A DNA stretch of 64,000 bases from a virus (taxonomy: Duplodnaviria > Heunggongvirae > Uroviricota > Caudoviricetes). Numbering within the stretch: position 1 is the first letter of the stretch; each line of letters opens with the position of its first letter. Below the pieces are notes generated by a model. That model searched no databases and was not told where the DNA came from. It worked only from the letters and a program-made list of their open reading frames with translations. Where the stretch lies: positions 64,566-128,565 of the IMG/VR virus record IMGVR_UViG_3300010348_000547, one strand, 5' to 3'. The position numbers and the translations under genes are program-made. Of this stretch, positions 19,968 to 29,943 are shown one piece after another.

Positions 19968-21010
19968 GTTCTTACTTTTCTGTCTTGTGTTGGTGGAGGC
20001 GGTATCTCCACTATACTCATTTTCTCAAACTCAACTCTGAAGAAACTCATTCTAATGTCACCATTTCTGCACTTCAAGAAATGCATTACCATGATGTTTT
20101 CATTATCAATGATGTATCTGTCAGGTCCAAAGAACTTGATTTTTCTTAAGCCTGGTCTGTTGATTCCGATAACCATGTCTGCATGCTGCAGTAAGGCATC
20201 AGCTCCAAAGATGTCAGACTCTAAAATAAAGTTGCCGTATTTGCCATCTTCTGCTCTTGCTGGGTCATCGATGCTTCTGTTTAACTGCGTTAAGATGATG
20301 AAGATGATAGGGTACTTTCTTTTCAATGCTGTAAGAGCATCTCCAAGTGCATACAAGGTATCATACTTGTCCTTCTCAAACGCTTCTTTTTTCAAAAGCA
20401 AACTATGGTCAAGAGTAATGATGGTCTTTTTGTAGACTTTGACTTGTCTTTGTTTAGTAACTGTTTTGCCATCAACTTCTTCATGATAATCTTCTGTCTT
20501 TATGATTGCATGCGCATTCATATAATCCTCAATGATGGCCTTAAATTCAGATACAGTACAAGGTTCTTCTACAATGTCAATTGGATACTTGACTTTTTGA
20601 TTGGCATAATCCAGACAGCTCTTGAGAACGTCTGTTGTTACGGGTTCATGCTTCACAGCATTACATAAAACTTTATAGCTTTTACCGGTTACAGCTGAGA
20701 ATTCTCGAATAGCTGAAACTCGGGCTAACATTTCCAAGGAGAACTCTAACACCCTAAAGTCCTCACCTGGATTAAGTTTAAATGCTTCACGAACTATCTG
20801 ATCTTTGATAGCTGTTTTTCCACTAGCTGGTCTTCCTCCGATTACAATGGTAGAATGCCATTCTATACCATCTACACCGGCATCATTAAACCTGTTCCAG
20901 GGCGTCTTCATGCTTCGGATGTCACCTTTCATTCGTCCCTGAAGATACTTCAGCGAGTCTTGAAAGCCTTGTCTTTGGCTTTGCCAAGCTTGTTTCTTTT
21001 TTAATGTCAT
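19964..21010 (-). CDS. DnaB-like replicative helicase (C-terminal RecA-like domain)
   Basis: Walker A GGRPASGKT and the DnaB H3-like motif ILTQLNR. Confidence 0.6.
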   Translation of the reverse strand: MTLKKKQAWQSQRQGFQDSLKYLQGRMKGDIRSMKTPWNRFNDAGVDGIEWHSTIVIGGRPASGKTAIKDQIVREAFKLNPGEDFRVLEFSLEMLARVSAIREFSAVTGKSYKVLCNAVKHEPVTTDVLKSCLDYANQKVKYPIDIVEEPCTVSEFKAIIEDYMNAHAIIKTEDYHEEVDGKTVTKQRQVKVYKKTIITLDHSLLLKKEAFEKDKYDTLYALGDALTALKRKYPIIFIILTQLNRSIDDPARAEDGKYGNFILESDIFGADALLQHADMVIGINRPGLRKIKFFGPDRYIIDNENIMVMHFLKCRNGDIRMSFFRVEFEKMSIVEIPPPPTQDRKVRT

Positions 21011-21136
21011 ACGTACTTTTGGGGAAAAGGCACCGGATATTGCTTGCGCAATTAGCTTTGTTCAATGTCTAATTTAGTTACTCTGTTCCCAACACAAAGA
21101 TACATTTTTTAGATGTATTTTGCAAGGGAAATCTGC

Positions 21137-21769
21137 TTAAACTGCCTTAGTTTTGAAGTGGTCTTCCTTCTCAATCATTGGCCCAGAAGCCGCGTCAGAA
21201 CAGCGATTGGCTAATTCAGAACCCCAGCTTTTATCAGCTAATTGCTTGCGGATAAAGTACTGAGAAGTCTGCATGTAGAGATAGTTTTTTAACTCGTATT
21301 CTGCTACATAATTTGCAGTAGCTTTGAAGATTGTCTCCCAGCTATAGTCATATGTACTCATGAACCAAGCAAATGCAATTTCTACATTTTTCTTGTCGGA
21401 ACGGGCTGCTTTTCCACTTGGTAATTTCATCTTAGGGAATATCTCCAGGTATTGCTGAATCTTTTCCTGATATCCTTCACCAAGAATCTGGGCAGGCGTC
21501 CCTTTCTTCTGAGGCTTAAAGAGAGCCTCTACTTTTTTCAGAACCGTTTCACCTTCTTTGGTCATATCAAACTGCATATGTCCTCCCTGAGGAGTCATAG
21601 TAGCAAGCTTCATGTCCAATAAAGCGTTGTGGTCTTTCATGTCAGAGATGATATACTCCATATCATTCTCTCGGATGTTCAATAAGAGAAAAAACTGATT
21701 AGGTGTCAAGCCTTGTTCTCGTATTGTCTGATGTATCAGCGTCAATGTTAAAGGTTTCTTTGAGCTCAT
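21137..21769 (-). CDS. hypothetical protein (210 aa; the true start may be an internal Met near 21661)
   Basis: ORF. Its first 36 codons overlap the upstream gene. Confidence 0.4.
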   Translation of the reverse strand: MSSKKPLTLTLIHQTIREQGLTPNQFFLLLNIRENDMEYIISDMKDHNALLDMKLATMTPQGGHMQFDMTKEGETVLKKVEALFKPQKKGTPAQILGEGYQEKIQQYLEIFPKMKLPSGKAARSDKKNVEIAFAWFMSTYDYSWETIFKATANYVAEYELKNYLYMQTSQYFIRKQLADKSWGSELANRCSDAASGPMIEKEDHFKTKAV

Positions 21770-22172
21770 GTTTTATTCTGTTAAATATTCTTACGGTTTC
21801 AGCATCATTGGTATCCAATAAGCCTTTTAATCCTCTTATACCTTGCAGGATAGTTGAGTGGTTCTTTCCAAACAGTTTACCAATATCACTCAAGGACATT
21901 CCTTGATTACGCAATATTAATGTGGTACACTGTCGGTACAGTACTAATTCTCTATACCTTGCATTACTTCCTAAACCAGTATATTTTACTCGTTTAGGTA
22001 CGTCAGGGTCATTCATCATCAACGTTTCTACGAAACTGATGAGTTGTTCAGGAGAGACTTTTATCACTGGCACAGTGTGTAGAATCTTGACTTCCACCTC
22101 CGTTTGATAGGTGATAGCACAAATTTCTTTAAACTGTTGGATAAACCTGAATATGTCTGATTCTGCATTCAT
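21699..22172 (-). CDS. DnaA C-terminal-domain-like DNA-binding protein
   Basis: SLSDIGKLFGKNHSTILQG resembles the Bac_DnaA_C helix-turn-helix (GRDHTTVLHA region). It is the first gene of the minus-strand block, next to the divergent control region. Confidence 0.5.
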   Translation of the reverse strand: MNAESDIFRFIQQFKEICAITYQTEVEVKILHTVPVIKVSPEQLISFVETLMMNDPDVPKRVKYTGLGSNARYRELVLYRQCTTLILRNQGMSLSDIGKLFGKNHSTILQGIRGLKGLLDTNDAETVRIFNRIKHELKETFNIDADTSDNTRTRLDT

Positions 22173-22321
22173 GTTAATAGGGTTTGCAAATTACAATCTT
22201 TTTCTGTATATTAAGGTATGGTTCATGGTGATCTCCTGTTTGAACCATCTCTGATTCCCCCTACACTTTAAAAGTGTAACAGTGAGAGATCACCTTAGTA
22301 TAAACTTAATAGATGTAGAAA

Positions 22322-22639
22322 ATGTTTGACTTCATGAAAAAATCTTTTCCAGGAACATGGAAATTCATCGCGGACTTCTTTGAAGCCCTTAACGGTAACC
22401 GAAAAGGTCACAGTTTACGTAAATGGTTAGCTGTTGGATTCTTTTGGTTATGTGCAGTAGTTACTATCAAATACACGAATTCAGAAAATCTGGAAGGTGT
22501 ATTAGTGATTTTAACTAGTATGATTACAGCCTTGATTATTACTTATTCAGTAAGTAACCATGCTGATAACAAATTACAAGCAGGTAAAAATCCGAGTGAT
22601 AACACAACAACAACATCTACAGATGAAACTCAAGCCTAA
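22322..22639 (+). CDS. membrane protein (105 aa)
   Basis: Two predicted transmembrane helices. First gene of a short plus-strand island. Confidence 0.45.
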   Translation: MFDFMKKSFPGTWKFIADFFEALNGNRKGHSLRKWLAVGFFWLCAVVTIKYTNSENLEGVLVILTSMITALIITYSVSNHADNKLQAGKNPSDNTTTTSTDETQA

Positions 22640-22958
22640 CCAAATATTTCAGATTTGTCTTGTAGGACTTGTCCTAATTCTGTTTGCTATTATCATCTTC
22701 AGAAAACCGACGGTGATAGTAACATCCGATAGAGAACAGGTATTACAAGATTCAGTCAAACTTTTACGCAGTCAAAGGGACTCTTCTCTTGGTCGTCAAG
22801 CTAAGATTCAAAACTCGTTTGACAGCTTGATGAATTTGGACCCACAGATAAAATACAGAACTCATGAAAAAATCAAGTTTATATTTAATACTGCTTCTCC
22901 TCGTGACCTGGACAGTATCATTCGCACAAACTGGAAAACCAGCAGCAGATACCGTTAA
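22623..22958 (+). CDS. membrane protein (start chosen at the internal ATG)
   Basis: TM segment IFQICLVGLVLILFAIIIF. The ORF track begins at 22560, but ATG 22623 avoids overlap with the previous gene. Confidence 0.4.
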   Translation: MKLKPNQIFQICLVGLVLILFAIIIFRKPTVIVTSDREQVLQDSVKLLRSQRDSSLGRQAKIQNSFDSLMNLDPQIKYRTHEKIKFIFNTASPRDLDSIIRTNWKTSSRYR

Positions 22959-23274
22959 GTGTTACGGTATTACTGAGTTGCGATACATTGCTTCTACCAT
23001 TGTTGAGGGTAGAGCTTGTGATACAGCACTAGCTAATGCTAATGCAAAGATTGCCAACCGGCAAGCTCTTATTCGTGAGAAGGACGTTGAGATAGCCAAC
23101 CTAGACCTCCAACTCTCACTCAAGGATCAAATAATCCTTAAGCGAGATGAGGAAATCAAAGCTGTCAATCTCAAGTTAGATAAAGAGAAAAAACGCCATA
23201 AATGGACTAAGTTTGGTTGGGCTGCAAGCAGCGTTCTCCTAGGTTCTCTAGCTTTTGTGGTAGCCGTACATTAA
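22864..23274 (+). CDS. secreted coiled-coil protein (136 aa)
   Basis: Signal peptide MKKSSLYLILLLLVTWTVSFAQ and a heptad-rich middle region. Confidence 0.45.
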   Translation: MKKSSLYLILLLLVTWTVSFAQTGKPAADTVKCYGITELRYIASTIVEGRACDTALANANAKIANRQALIREKDVEIANLDLQLSLKDQIILKRDEEIKAVNLKLDKEKKRHKWTKFGWAASSVLLGSLAFVVAVH

Positions 23275-24936
23275 ACCGGGATAATTCTCTCTTAAGACAT
23301 ACAATTTATCAGTAGCTCTGGAATAAACAGTATATTTTATACGGTTTCTTTCCAGAGTTTTTCTGTTTTGGTCAATGTCTTCCTCCAGAATCAACACATT
23401 CTTGTAAGTAGAACCTTGTGACTTGTGAGCTGTGATAGCATAATTGTATCCCACATTAGCTGACCATTTCAGAATGTTAAAGTAACGTACCCATGCTTTA
23501 CCGTCTTTTGTTGTAACTGCATGTTGTTTTGCAGCTTCCTGAAGACGTTTGTAATCTTCAGCACTTTCTTCATGAACTACAAAGATTACATTACTTTTAG
23601 GATTATCCGGATACTCAGGGTCAAATGATTCTACAAACAGCTTATACACTTTCATGCTTAAGCTGAACGGCCCTTCAGCAAACTTGGTAAACTCTTCTGT
23701 TACTTTCTTTACTTTCAACTCCTCTGAAGTAGTCAATAGCATTTTGTAATAGCGGTCATCATCCTCTCTCTTCATAAAGATTGGCTTCATTACAATGAGA
23801 GCTTCTCCAGGTATGAATCGAGACTGAGAATGTAAGGCTCCGTATTTGATTTCTCGGGCAATGTTGTTGATATAATCAATGGTCTTGTTTCTCCATGCAA
23901 TCACCTTAAAGTAATCAGTATCCTTTTCATATTCAGGAGCCATGAAATACTGTTTCATCAGCTCTTTGATTTTCGGTTTATCGGTCTTAGCATCCAAAAA
24001 CACAATACCATGGTCTGCATCATTCAATTCTGTTTTCAATACAGGTAATGGTTGTGTTTTGTCTAAGTTCTCTCTAATCTTAAAGGACTGAGCAATGATC
24101 GGATGGTCACCTTTCTGACGCATGATTTCTTTTAACTCCACTAATTTGAAATTGAAACCGGTATTAGTCTTGAAAGGAAGACTGTCCGTCCTGTTAACTG
24201 GTGGAATTTGAGCAGGGTCGCCCATGAATATGATACGTACTCGTTTAGAGAACTTCATAATATCACGGCACAGTTTATCGTCCAGCATTGATACTTCATC
24301 TACAATTAAATAGTGATAGTTGCTGAGCTCACTGTTGTTAATCTTGTCTACTACAAACATTTGTTCACCCTCATCGGTGATTACTTCTTTTAACCCAAGC
24401 AACTTATGAATTGTGCTATACGTGATACGTGAACCCATCTCAAAGATGTCTTCAAACACATAACCATCCATGCCATTTTGCATTGAGCTGCGATATAATA
24501 CCGATACAGCTTTGTTTGTAGGAGCTCCAATAGCAATCTTCTTTTGGTCTGTACTGTAAGTGATATATTCTAATATCTTCTTAACAAGATAGGTTTTACC
24601 TGTACCGGCATAACCCTTTAGAACCACAGCATCATGCTCTGGATTTTCAATAAAGTCAACAATTTCTTCAAAGGCTGCTGACTGCCCCTGGTTGAGACCT
24701 ACAGCTAAGCGTGTACGAATTAATGTTTTCACACATTCTTCAGCTACTGTAAAGTTCTCCGGATCTGAAGAATCAATCATCATTGTCAAACTAGCCTTTT
24801 GATCTTTGTCAATAAGGTCTTTGTCATAGATTTCTGTAATTCTTCTGTTCCATGCTTTTTTCTTAAATGCTATTGTCATAGGATTGGAATAAGGTTTGAC
24901 GTATTTTGGGTCTAATTGTTGCCACAATCCGCTCAT
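23248..24936 (-). CDS. Dda/RecD-like SF1 DNA helicase
   Basis: Walker A GYAGTGKTY, Walker B LIVDEVSML, and a C-terminal VYSRATDKLYVL motif. Confidence 0.65.
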   Translation of the reverse strand: MSGLWQQLDPKYVKPYSNPMTIAFKKKAWNRRITEIYDKDLIDKDQKASLTMMIDSSDPENFTVAEECVKTLIRTRLAVGLNQGQSAAFEEIVDFIENPEHDAVVLKGYAGTGKTYLVKKILEYITYSTDQKKIAIGAPTNKAVSVLYRSSMQNGMDGYVFEDIFEMGSRITYSTIHKLLGLKEVITDEGEQMFVVDKINNSELSNYHYLIVDEVSMLDDKLCRDIMKFSKRVRIIFMGDPAQIPPVNRTDSLPFKTNTGFNFKLVELKEIMRQKGDHPIIAQSFKIRENLDKTQPLPVLKTELNDADHGIVFLDAKTDKPKIKELMKQYFMAPEYEKDTDYFKVIAWRNKTIDYINNIAREIKYGALHSQSRFIPGEALIVMKPIFMKREDDDRYYKMLLTTSEELKVKKVTEEFTKFAEGPFSLSMKVYKLFVESFDPEYPDNPKSNVIFVVHEESAEDYKRLQEAAKQHAVTTKDGKAWVRYFNILKWSANVGYNYAITAHKSQGSTYKNVLILEEDIDQNRKTLERNRIKYTVYSRATDKLYVLRENYPGLMYGYHKS

Positions 24937-25349
24937 ACATCACCGTCATTTGAGTAAACTTCACGGTTATCACCTGTGAAAAATTCTTTAATCAAGTACA
25001 GCGTATCTATTGTGCGTTTTGGTGACTTCATCTCATTAAAAGAAAAACGAACTTCAGGTATAGTGTAATGGTCAATATCAACCCTTTCTCCTGTTTCTCG
25101 CCAAAACCATTTCTTGCTTAAGAGGACGTTAACCTCAGCTAATAGTTTTCTTTTTTCGTTTGAGATGTAATTTTGCAGCTGAGGGATTGTTAGTTCCATC
25201 ATCTGTATTCGTGTAGGTACCGGCAGCTTAGTAAGCTTTTCATAGAAGTCTACATGGTGAGGGTGAATAGTGACATTATCACCGTTTCTCAACTGAATCT
25301 TTAATGGTTCAGGAGCATTGTGCTCACTCTCCAAAGTTTTATCTACCAT
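24933..25349 (-). CDS. hypothetical protein (138 aa)
   Basis: ORF. Confidence 0.45.
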   Translation of the reverse strand: MVDKTLESEHNAPEPLKIQLRNGDNVTIHPHHVDFYEKLTKLPVPTRIQMMELTIPQLQNYISNEKRKLLAEVNVLLSKKWFWRETGERVDIDHYTIPEVRFSFNEMKSPKRTIDTLYLIKEFFTGDNREVYSNDGDV

Positions 25350-26062
25350 ATGATTTTCTGTTTAAACTGTTTGTAACTAATATCAGATATCTTGTTGAAG
25401 ATGTCTCCTGAATCCCAACGCTCGAGTGCATTATGCGCTGCAGAAGCGGGGTGTGAACAGAACAGTTTGTAGTTATTGTCTGATACTGATTCAGACCACT
25501 CTTGGGCTTTCTTACCCATAAAGGCGTAAATCAATCCAGGGTTATAACACATTAATTGATCCATCACAAATGCAATGAATGGTTGCCAGATGTTATAATG
25601 CTGACCTACTTTCCCTACCGTAGTAGTTAAAGCAGAGTTCAGCATTAATACACCTTGCTTTGACCATCGCCTTAGGTCAGGGTCCCACGAGTAACCGTCT
25701 GTATAGACAGTATCCTCAATTTCTTTAAACATGTATCGTAAGGAAGCTTCAATGATTTTAGTGTTGGAACATGAGAAAGCAATCCCATCTGCAACACCTA
25801 GCTGCGGATAAGGGTCTTGACCCATGATTATTACCTTCAATTCATTATAAGGACATTCCTCAAACGCTCTGAATACTTGCTTTATTTGTGGAGTAAAGCG
25901 TCTCCCTTCTTGCGCATCTTTTAATAGCGCCTTTAGAATCTTGTCAAAGTCCGAGCTTAATATGAATGTTTTGAGCTTGTCTGCCCAGCCGGAAGGCTTT
26001 AACTTTTCATACAGCTTTTGCTTTATCTCTTCTAAATCTACAGTGTGTACTTGTGAGCTCAT
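25343..26062 (-). CDS. uracil-DNA glycosylase (family 1)
   Basis: GQDPYP water-activating motif, GIAFSC, and a C-terminal HPASAAH motif. Confidence 0.7.
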   Translation of the reverse strand: MSSQVHTVDLEEIKQKLYEKLKPSGWADKLKTFILSSDFDKILKALLKDAQEGRRFTPQIKQVFRAFEECPYNELKVIIMGQDPYPQLGVADGIAFSCSNTKIIEASLRYMFKEIEDTVYTDGYSWDPDLRRWSKQGVLMLNSALTTTVGKVGQHYNIWQPFIAFVMDQLMCYNPGLIYAFMGKKAQEWSESVSDNNYKLFCSHPASAAHNALERWDSGDIFNKISDISYKQFKQKIIW

Positions 26063-26103
26063 AAACTTGTATTGTTTAAATTTTTTTACTTACATTTGGT
26101 GTA

Positions 26104-26486
26104 TGGCAGAAGAACAAAACACAACTCCTCAAGAGGAGAAACAAACAGTAAAGATGACCACAATGCCTTTAGAGGCCATAGTCACTTTAGAGGTATCAGG
26201 TATATTCTTGCAACGCATACACGGATTAATGGTTACCATGTGTGATGAGGTTGGACAGGAAGAAACTATTAAGATATTTGAGAGGCTTAAAAATGATCAA
26301 GCCCCTCAAACAACTCATGAAGAATCCATCCGTGTCCTTTTAGCTTTAATTGACGGTATTGAAACCGCAGCAAGAGAACAAGGTAAGATTCAAGAAAAGG
26401 AATATTCACATGATGAGGCATTCCAAATGCTGGAGTTCCTTAACATACGTCCTACTGCTGAACCACCTAGACCTACCGGAAATTAA
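26104..26486 (+). CDS. hypothetical acidic protein (127 aa)
   Basis: A lone plus-strand ORF. TACATTTG sits about 9 nt upstream of the ATG, and the 3' end overlaps the convergent gene. Confidence 0.45.
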
Positions 26487-26877
26487 TTCCGACAGTGTCT
26501 CCCATCTGGATAATGGTTTCAATAACCATACCCAGCTCCTCTTTGGATGCATCTCCTAAGGATTTGCAGAAGAGGACTGATTCGCCCTTATGCTCGGTTA
26601 TAAAACACAAGCCAGAGCTTTTAAGTACTTCCAATTTCATTTCATCAAATGTGTATCCAAGTTCTTTTGCAAGTTCTCGGATGCACACATGTACTTTTGC
26701 TAATTGAGCTAGCGTACCGTCATCTTGATTAGCCTCAAGAAAAGTTTCAATCACTTGACCTACTTCCAGATGCTTTACAAATTCGTCGTACTTTGCTCGA
26801 CTGGTAGAAATTGGATGTAATTCACCCGTAGGTGTTTTAATCATTTTACCGTGAAAGATGTTATGCTTTTGCGCCAT
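26473..26877 (-). CDS. hypothetical protein (134 aa)
   Basis: ORF. Confidence 0.45.
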   Translation of the reverse strand: MAQKHNIFHGKMIKTPTGELHPISTSRAKYDEFVKHLEVGQVIETFLEANQDDGTLAQLAKVHVCIRELAKELGYTFDEMKLEVLKSSGLCFITEHKGESVLFCKSLGDASKEELGMVIETIIQMGDTVGINFR

Positions 26878-27250
26878 TTTCTGTGTGAACTAATTTAACC
26901 CATTCCTTTGCGGTAACTTTGAATGACCCTCTTTTTTCAATAAGAGCAACAGCTTCTCTTACAGGAAACTTACTTCCTCATTCAAGAATATGCTTGATGT
27001 CACTTGGTTCATCATTACCAGGAACAGTTTCGATGAATGCTTTAAGAACTCCTTCAGCATTGATTGCAAGGGCGACACCAATTGCATGTCGCCCATTGAA
27101 CCATACAATTCCTAACAGCTTCATTTCTTAGCCTTTTGAGAAGCCATAAGCTTCTTATGTTCAGACTTAGCTTTTTTAACTGCCGCTTTTTCCTCTGGAG
27201 TTTTCTTAAATACTTCTCCTCCACGGAACTTGTTTTCTTTTGGAATTACT

Positions 27251-28342
27251 TCAGACATTTTCTTCAACTTGTTTTTTAGGTTTTAACTGTTTAAGGGTAC
27301 AGTCTTCTTGACCCACATCATCTCTTTTTCCTAATAGGACAGGCTGAAATAATGCTCCGCCTGGATTGTAGTACAAATATTTCACTTCTACAAAGTCACC
27401 TGGTTTCACCTTATCTGAATTAGCATACACCGTGGTGTTACCAACAGGAACAGGATTACCATTCTCATCAAATACAGCTATCCCGATTGAGGTACCGGCT
27501 GTATTAATGCTTGTAACTATACAAGTGGCTGAAGCTACAAATTTAAACTTTAATTGGTCACCACCTGAGTTAGGACGACCGCTTTTGTACATGCTATCAA
27601 TCTTTTTGAACACAATTCCTTCGCCTTTTTCGTCTAAGATTTTAGCATATAAGTCGGCTTTTTGCTGAGGTGTGTAAGCCGTTGGTACTTTTACCAAAAT
27701 TTTTCCATCTAACTTTAGCTTATCAAGAGCACCGAGGCGCTCAGCTAATGTAAGATTTGGATCTGGCATGTCAAATACATATACCGTATCACCAATTGCC
27801 TCACCATCCAAGATAAAGTCTTTAGTCCCGGCCATTAATGTAGCACCTGTAAGTGCATCACTAATCTCCACTGATAAACCTTTCTTGTTAGTTCCAATGA
27901 CGTCGGTGCCTTTTCGGATAAGACCTCTGCGGACACCGTCCATCTTCTCCTGAGCAATCCACTCAGGACTATTAATCAGTTCTTCCAAACGTGATTCATC
28001 CACATCATTTAATAGCTGAGGTAAGAACTCTGTTTTGCGAGGAGCAAATGTACCTAAGCTAAATGCAACTCCGGCACCTTCTTTCTCGCAATAACCTTTA
28101 GCCATTTTCTCATGAATAAGCTTGCCATATATGGCTGAGGCTTTTTCAAAAGTTGTTGGACTAGCTGTTTTAGTTCCTGTACTTAGAGTTGAACCTCTAC
28201 GTCCATATGCGAACTTTACTACATACTGTTTCTGTGGTGTTTCTAATAACTCAACGTTATACACCTTATCTGAACCACCTTCTCGGTAGAACAAATGTTT
28301 GCTTTCTACTAGAATCATAGCTGTATTCCTTGTTTTTGACAC
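27251..28342 (-). CDS. ATP-dependent DNA ligase
   Basis: Motif I KMDGVR, motif III LDGEAI, motif IV EGIVFKK, motif V LKFK. The N-terminal part has a WGR-like YGRRGS signature, but that call is uncertain. Confidence 0.65.
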   Translation of the reverse strand: MSKTRNTAMILVESKHLFYREGGSDKVYNVELLETPQKQYVVKFAYGRRGSTLSTGTKTASPTTFEKASAIYGKLIHEKMAKGYCEKEGAGVAFSLGTFAPRKTEFLPQLLNDVDESRLEELINSPEWIAQEKMDGVRRGLIRKGTDVIGTNKKGLSVEISDALTGATLMAGTKDFILDGEAIGDTVYVFDMPDPNLTLAERLGALDKLKLDGKILVKVPTAYTPQQKADLYAKILDEKGEGIVFKKIDSMYKSGRPNSGGDQLKFKFVASATCIVTSINTAGTSIGIAVFDENGNPVPVGNTTVYANSDKVKPGDFVEVKYLYYNPGGALFQPVLLGKRDDVGQEDCTLKQLKPKKQVEENV

Positions 28343-28629
28343 CAGGTCATAGCTGTTCCTGAGAGTATCATGAACAAATCCATGATACGGTTCTCATCAA
28401 TACAGGTAATCGCTGATATGATGGTTTGTGGGCCTAACTCAAATCTGAGTTTGCTCCATACTGGTACCAACCAGTCCCACGATTCGTGGAATCTTAGGTC
28501 ATCAAGACCTATTAGTTGAAACTCTACATCCATTAAATGGCTGAAGTGTTTCTCCTTTAAATATTTTGGACCACCCATGTAGGCGGTGATAGCATTGAGC
28601 CTTTTACCTAATTCTGCTTTTTCCATCAA
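28315..28629 (-). CDS. hypothetical protein (104 aa)
   Basis: ORF. Confidence 0.4.
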   Translation of the reverse strand: MMEKAELGKRLNAITAYMGGPKYLKEKHFSHLMDVEFQLIGLDDLRFHESWDWLVPVWSKLRFELGPQTIISAITCIDENRIMDLFMILSGTAMTWCQKQGIQL

Positions 28630-28985
28630 AATTGTGCTAATAAATTACGAATTGTTTCATGCGCTACTGTATGGTTCTCTGTATCCTGAGATGCAAGCAT
28701 TTTCAGGAGAGACCGCATTTGTTCCTTGCTAATCATTTCTAATGTATAGAGCTGTAACAAGGATATTTCAGTTGAAAGAGTGTCAATACGCTGTTCTAAG
28801 TGGGTAGCTCTATTTTCAAATGAAGAAAGAGAACTTTGCAAAGTGCTCATGTTTGATGAATGTGCGCTTGCCATAGTTACTAATTCATTTTTTGCGTTAA
28901 ATACTTCTGTTTTTAATGTTGAAAGCTTTGAATCTAAGTTGTGCTCGTTCCATCTATGGTCCCATTCATTCAGATGTTCTACCAT
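28626..28985 (-). CDS. hypothetical coiled-coil protein (119 aa)
   Basis: ORF. Confidence 0.4.
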   Translation of the reverse strand: MVEHLNEWDHRWNEHNLDSKLSTLKTEVFNAKNELVTMASAHSSNMSTLQSSLSSFENRATHLEQRIDTLSTEISLLQLYTLEMISKEQMRSLLKMLASQDTENHTVAHETIRNLLAQF

Positions 28986-29274
28986 TTGGGAATTCGTTAG
29001 AGTTAAACAATCTTCTTATCCAGGGCTTTTTCATATCAGGATATACATCACCAACAGTTTCAGGAATAAACCCGCAACCTTCAAAGTATCGACCACCATG
29101 AGGTAAACAGCTTCTAACTTGTAACTCTTTTCCATGACAGTCAATACAAAGTGTTTCTTCAGTAAACCAAGACCTAGTTTTTGTGATTAATGGGCCTTTG
29201 CATCTATCACAAAAAGATGCTGAGAAAAAGTTATCTGTTTCCATTTTTTCTTGATTCTTCATAGTCAATGACAA
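28966..29274 (-). CDS. zinc-finger protein (102 aa)
   Basis: CDRCKG...CIDCHG motifs. Confidence 0.4.
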   Translation of the reverse strand: MSLTMKNQEKMETDNFFSASFCDRCKGPLITKTRSWFTEETLCIDCHGKELQVRSCLPHGGRYFEGCGFIPETVGDVYPDMKKPWIRRLFNSNEFPNGRTSE

Positions 29275-29497
29275 CTTGTTTTAATCTCACTCGTGCTTTA
29301 ACTAGCAAGAAATTGTGTTTATCTCCGGAGACATAACACACTTTTCCTTGTCTGAATTTGCCGCGTTGAGAGGGTAAGAAAATAGCATGCTTACTTTCTG
29401 AGACGAATAAGACTACTCTGTGATTTGAACCGTTTTTGTTGCAAACAATACTCCCTGGAACCAGGGAGAACCACTCATCCGAAGTCATCGCCCTCAT
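29231..29497 (-). CDS. hypothetical protein (88 aa)
   Basis: ORF. Confidence 0.35.
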   Translation of the reverse strand: MRAMTSDEWFSLVPGSIVCNKNGSNHRVVLFVSESKHAIFLPSQRGKFRQGKVCYVSGDKHNFLLVKARVRLKQVVIDYEESRKNGNR

Positions 29498-29729
29498 TTA
29501 AAAAGGTTAGCATTTTATTGCGTTCCTCAATAGCCTCTAAGCGAGGCTTATCAAGTTCAACAATAGATTCTCCTCCCATTTCCAGGTCAGTCTCAACTTC
29601 TTCATAGAACTTGATGATCTTTCCTACCTTACGAGAGAGAGCTTTTGTTAATTGCTGATTTGCTAGTATCTTTTGAATATACTTCAGCTGCTCTTTTTGT
29701 TGAGCATGTTCTTTAAGATTGACTTTCAT
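29475..29729 (-). CDS. hypothetical protein (84 aa)
   Basis: ORF. Confidence 0.35.
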   Translation of the reverse strand: MKVNLKEHAQQKEQLKYIQKILANQQLTKALSRKVGKIIKFYEEVETDLEMGGESIVELDKPRLEAIEERNKMLTFLNEGDDFG

Positions 29730-29943
29730 CTGTAGGGTCTTTAAATAAATGTGAAAAGATAGGGTGATTCCAACAAATTTTCAAATCCGTAGTGTTGTAA
29801 TTCATGATTTTTCTGGTTTTCTCCAATGCAACCACCCATGTTCGGTCTTGGTTGCCACCGTACTCAATAATCATGAGCACGATGCCGTCTCCATTGGGTG
29901 TTTCCACCCAAAGGTTTTGTTTTACTTCGTGTATTGCTATCAT
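29713..29943 (-). CDS. hypothetical protein (76 aa)
   Basis: ORF. Confidence 0.35.
   Translation of the reverse strand: MIAIHEVKQNLWVETPNGDGIVLMIIEYGGNQDRTWVVALEKTRKIMNYNTTDLKICWNHPIFSHLFKDPTDESQS

Noticed and set aside
27251-28342. WGR-domain annotation for the N-terminus of the DNA ligase.
   Set aside because: It rests on a short YGRRGS-like stretch only. The ligase motifs are solid, but the WGR call needs an HMM search, so I did not call it as a separate feature.
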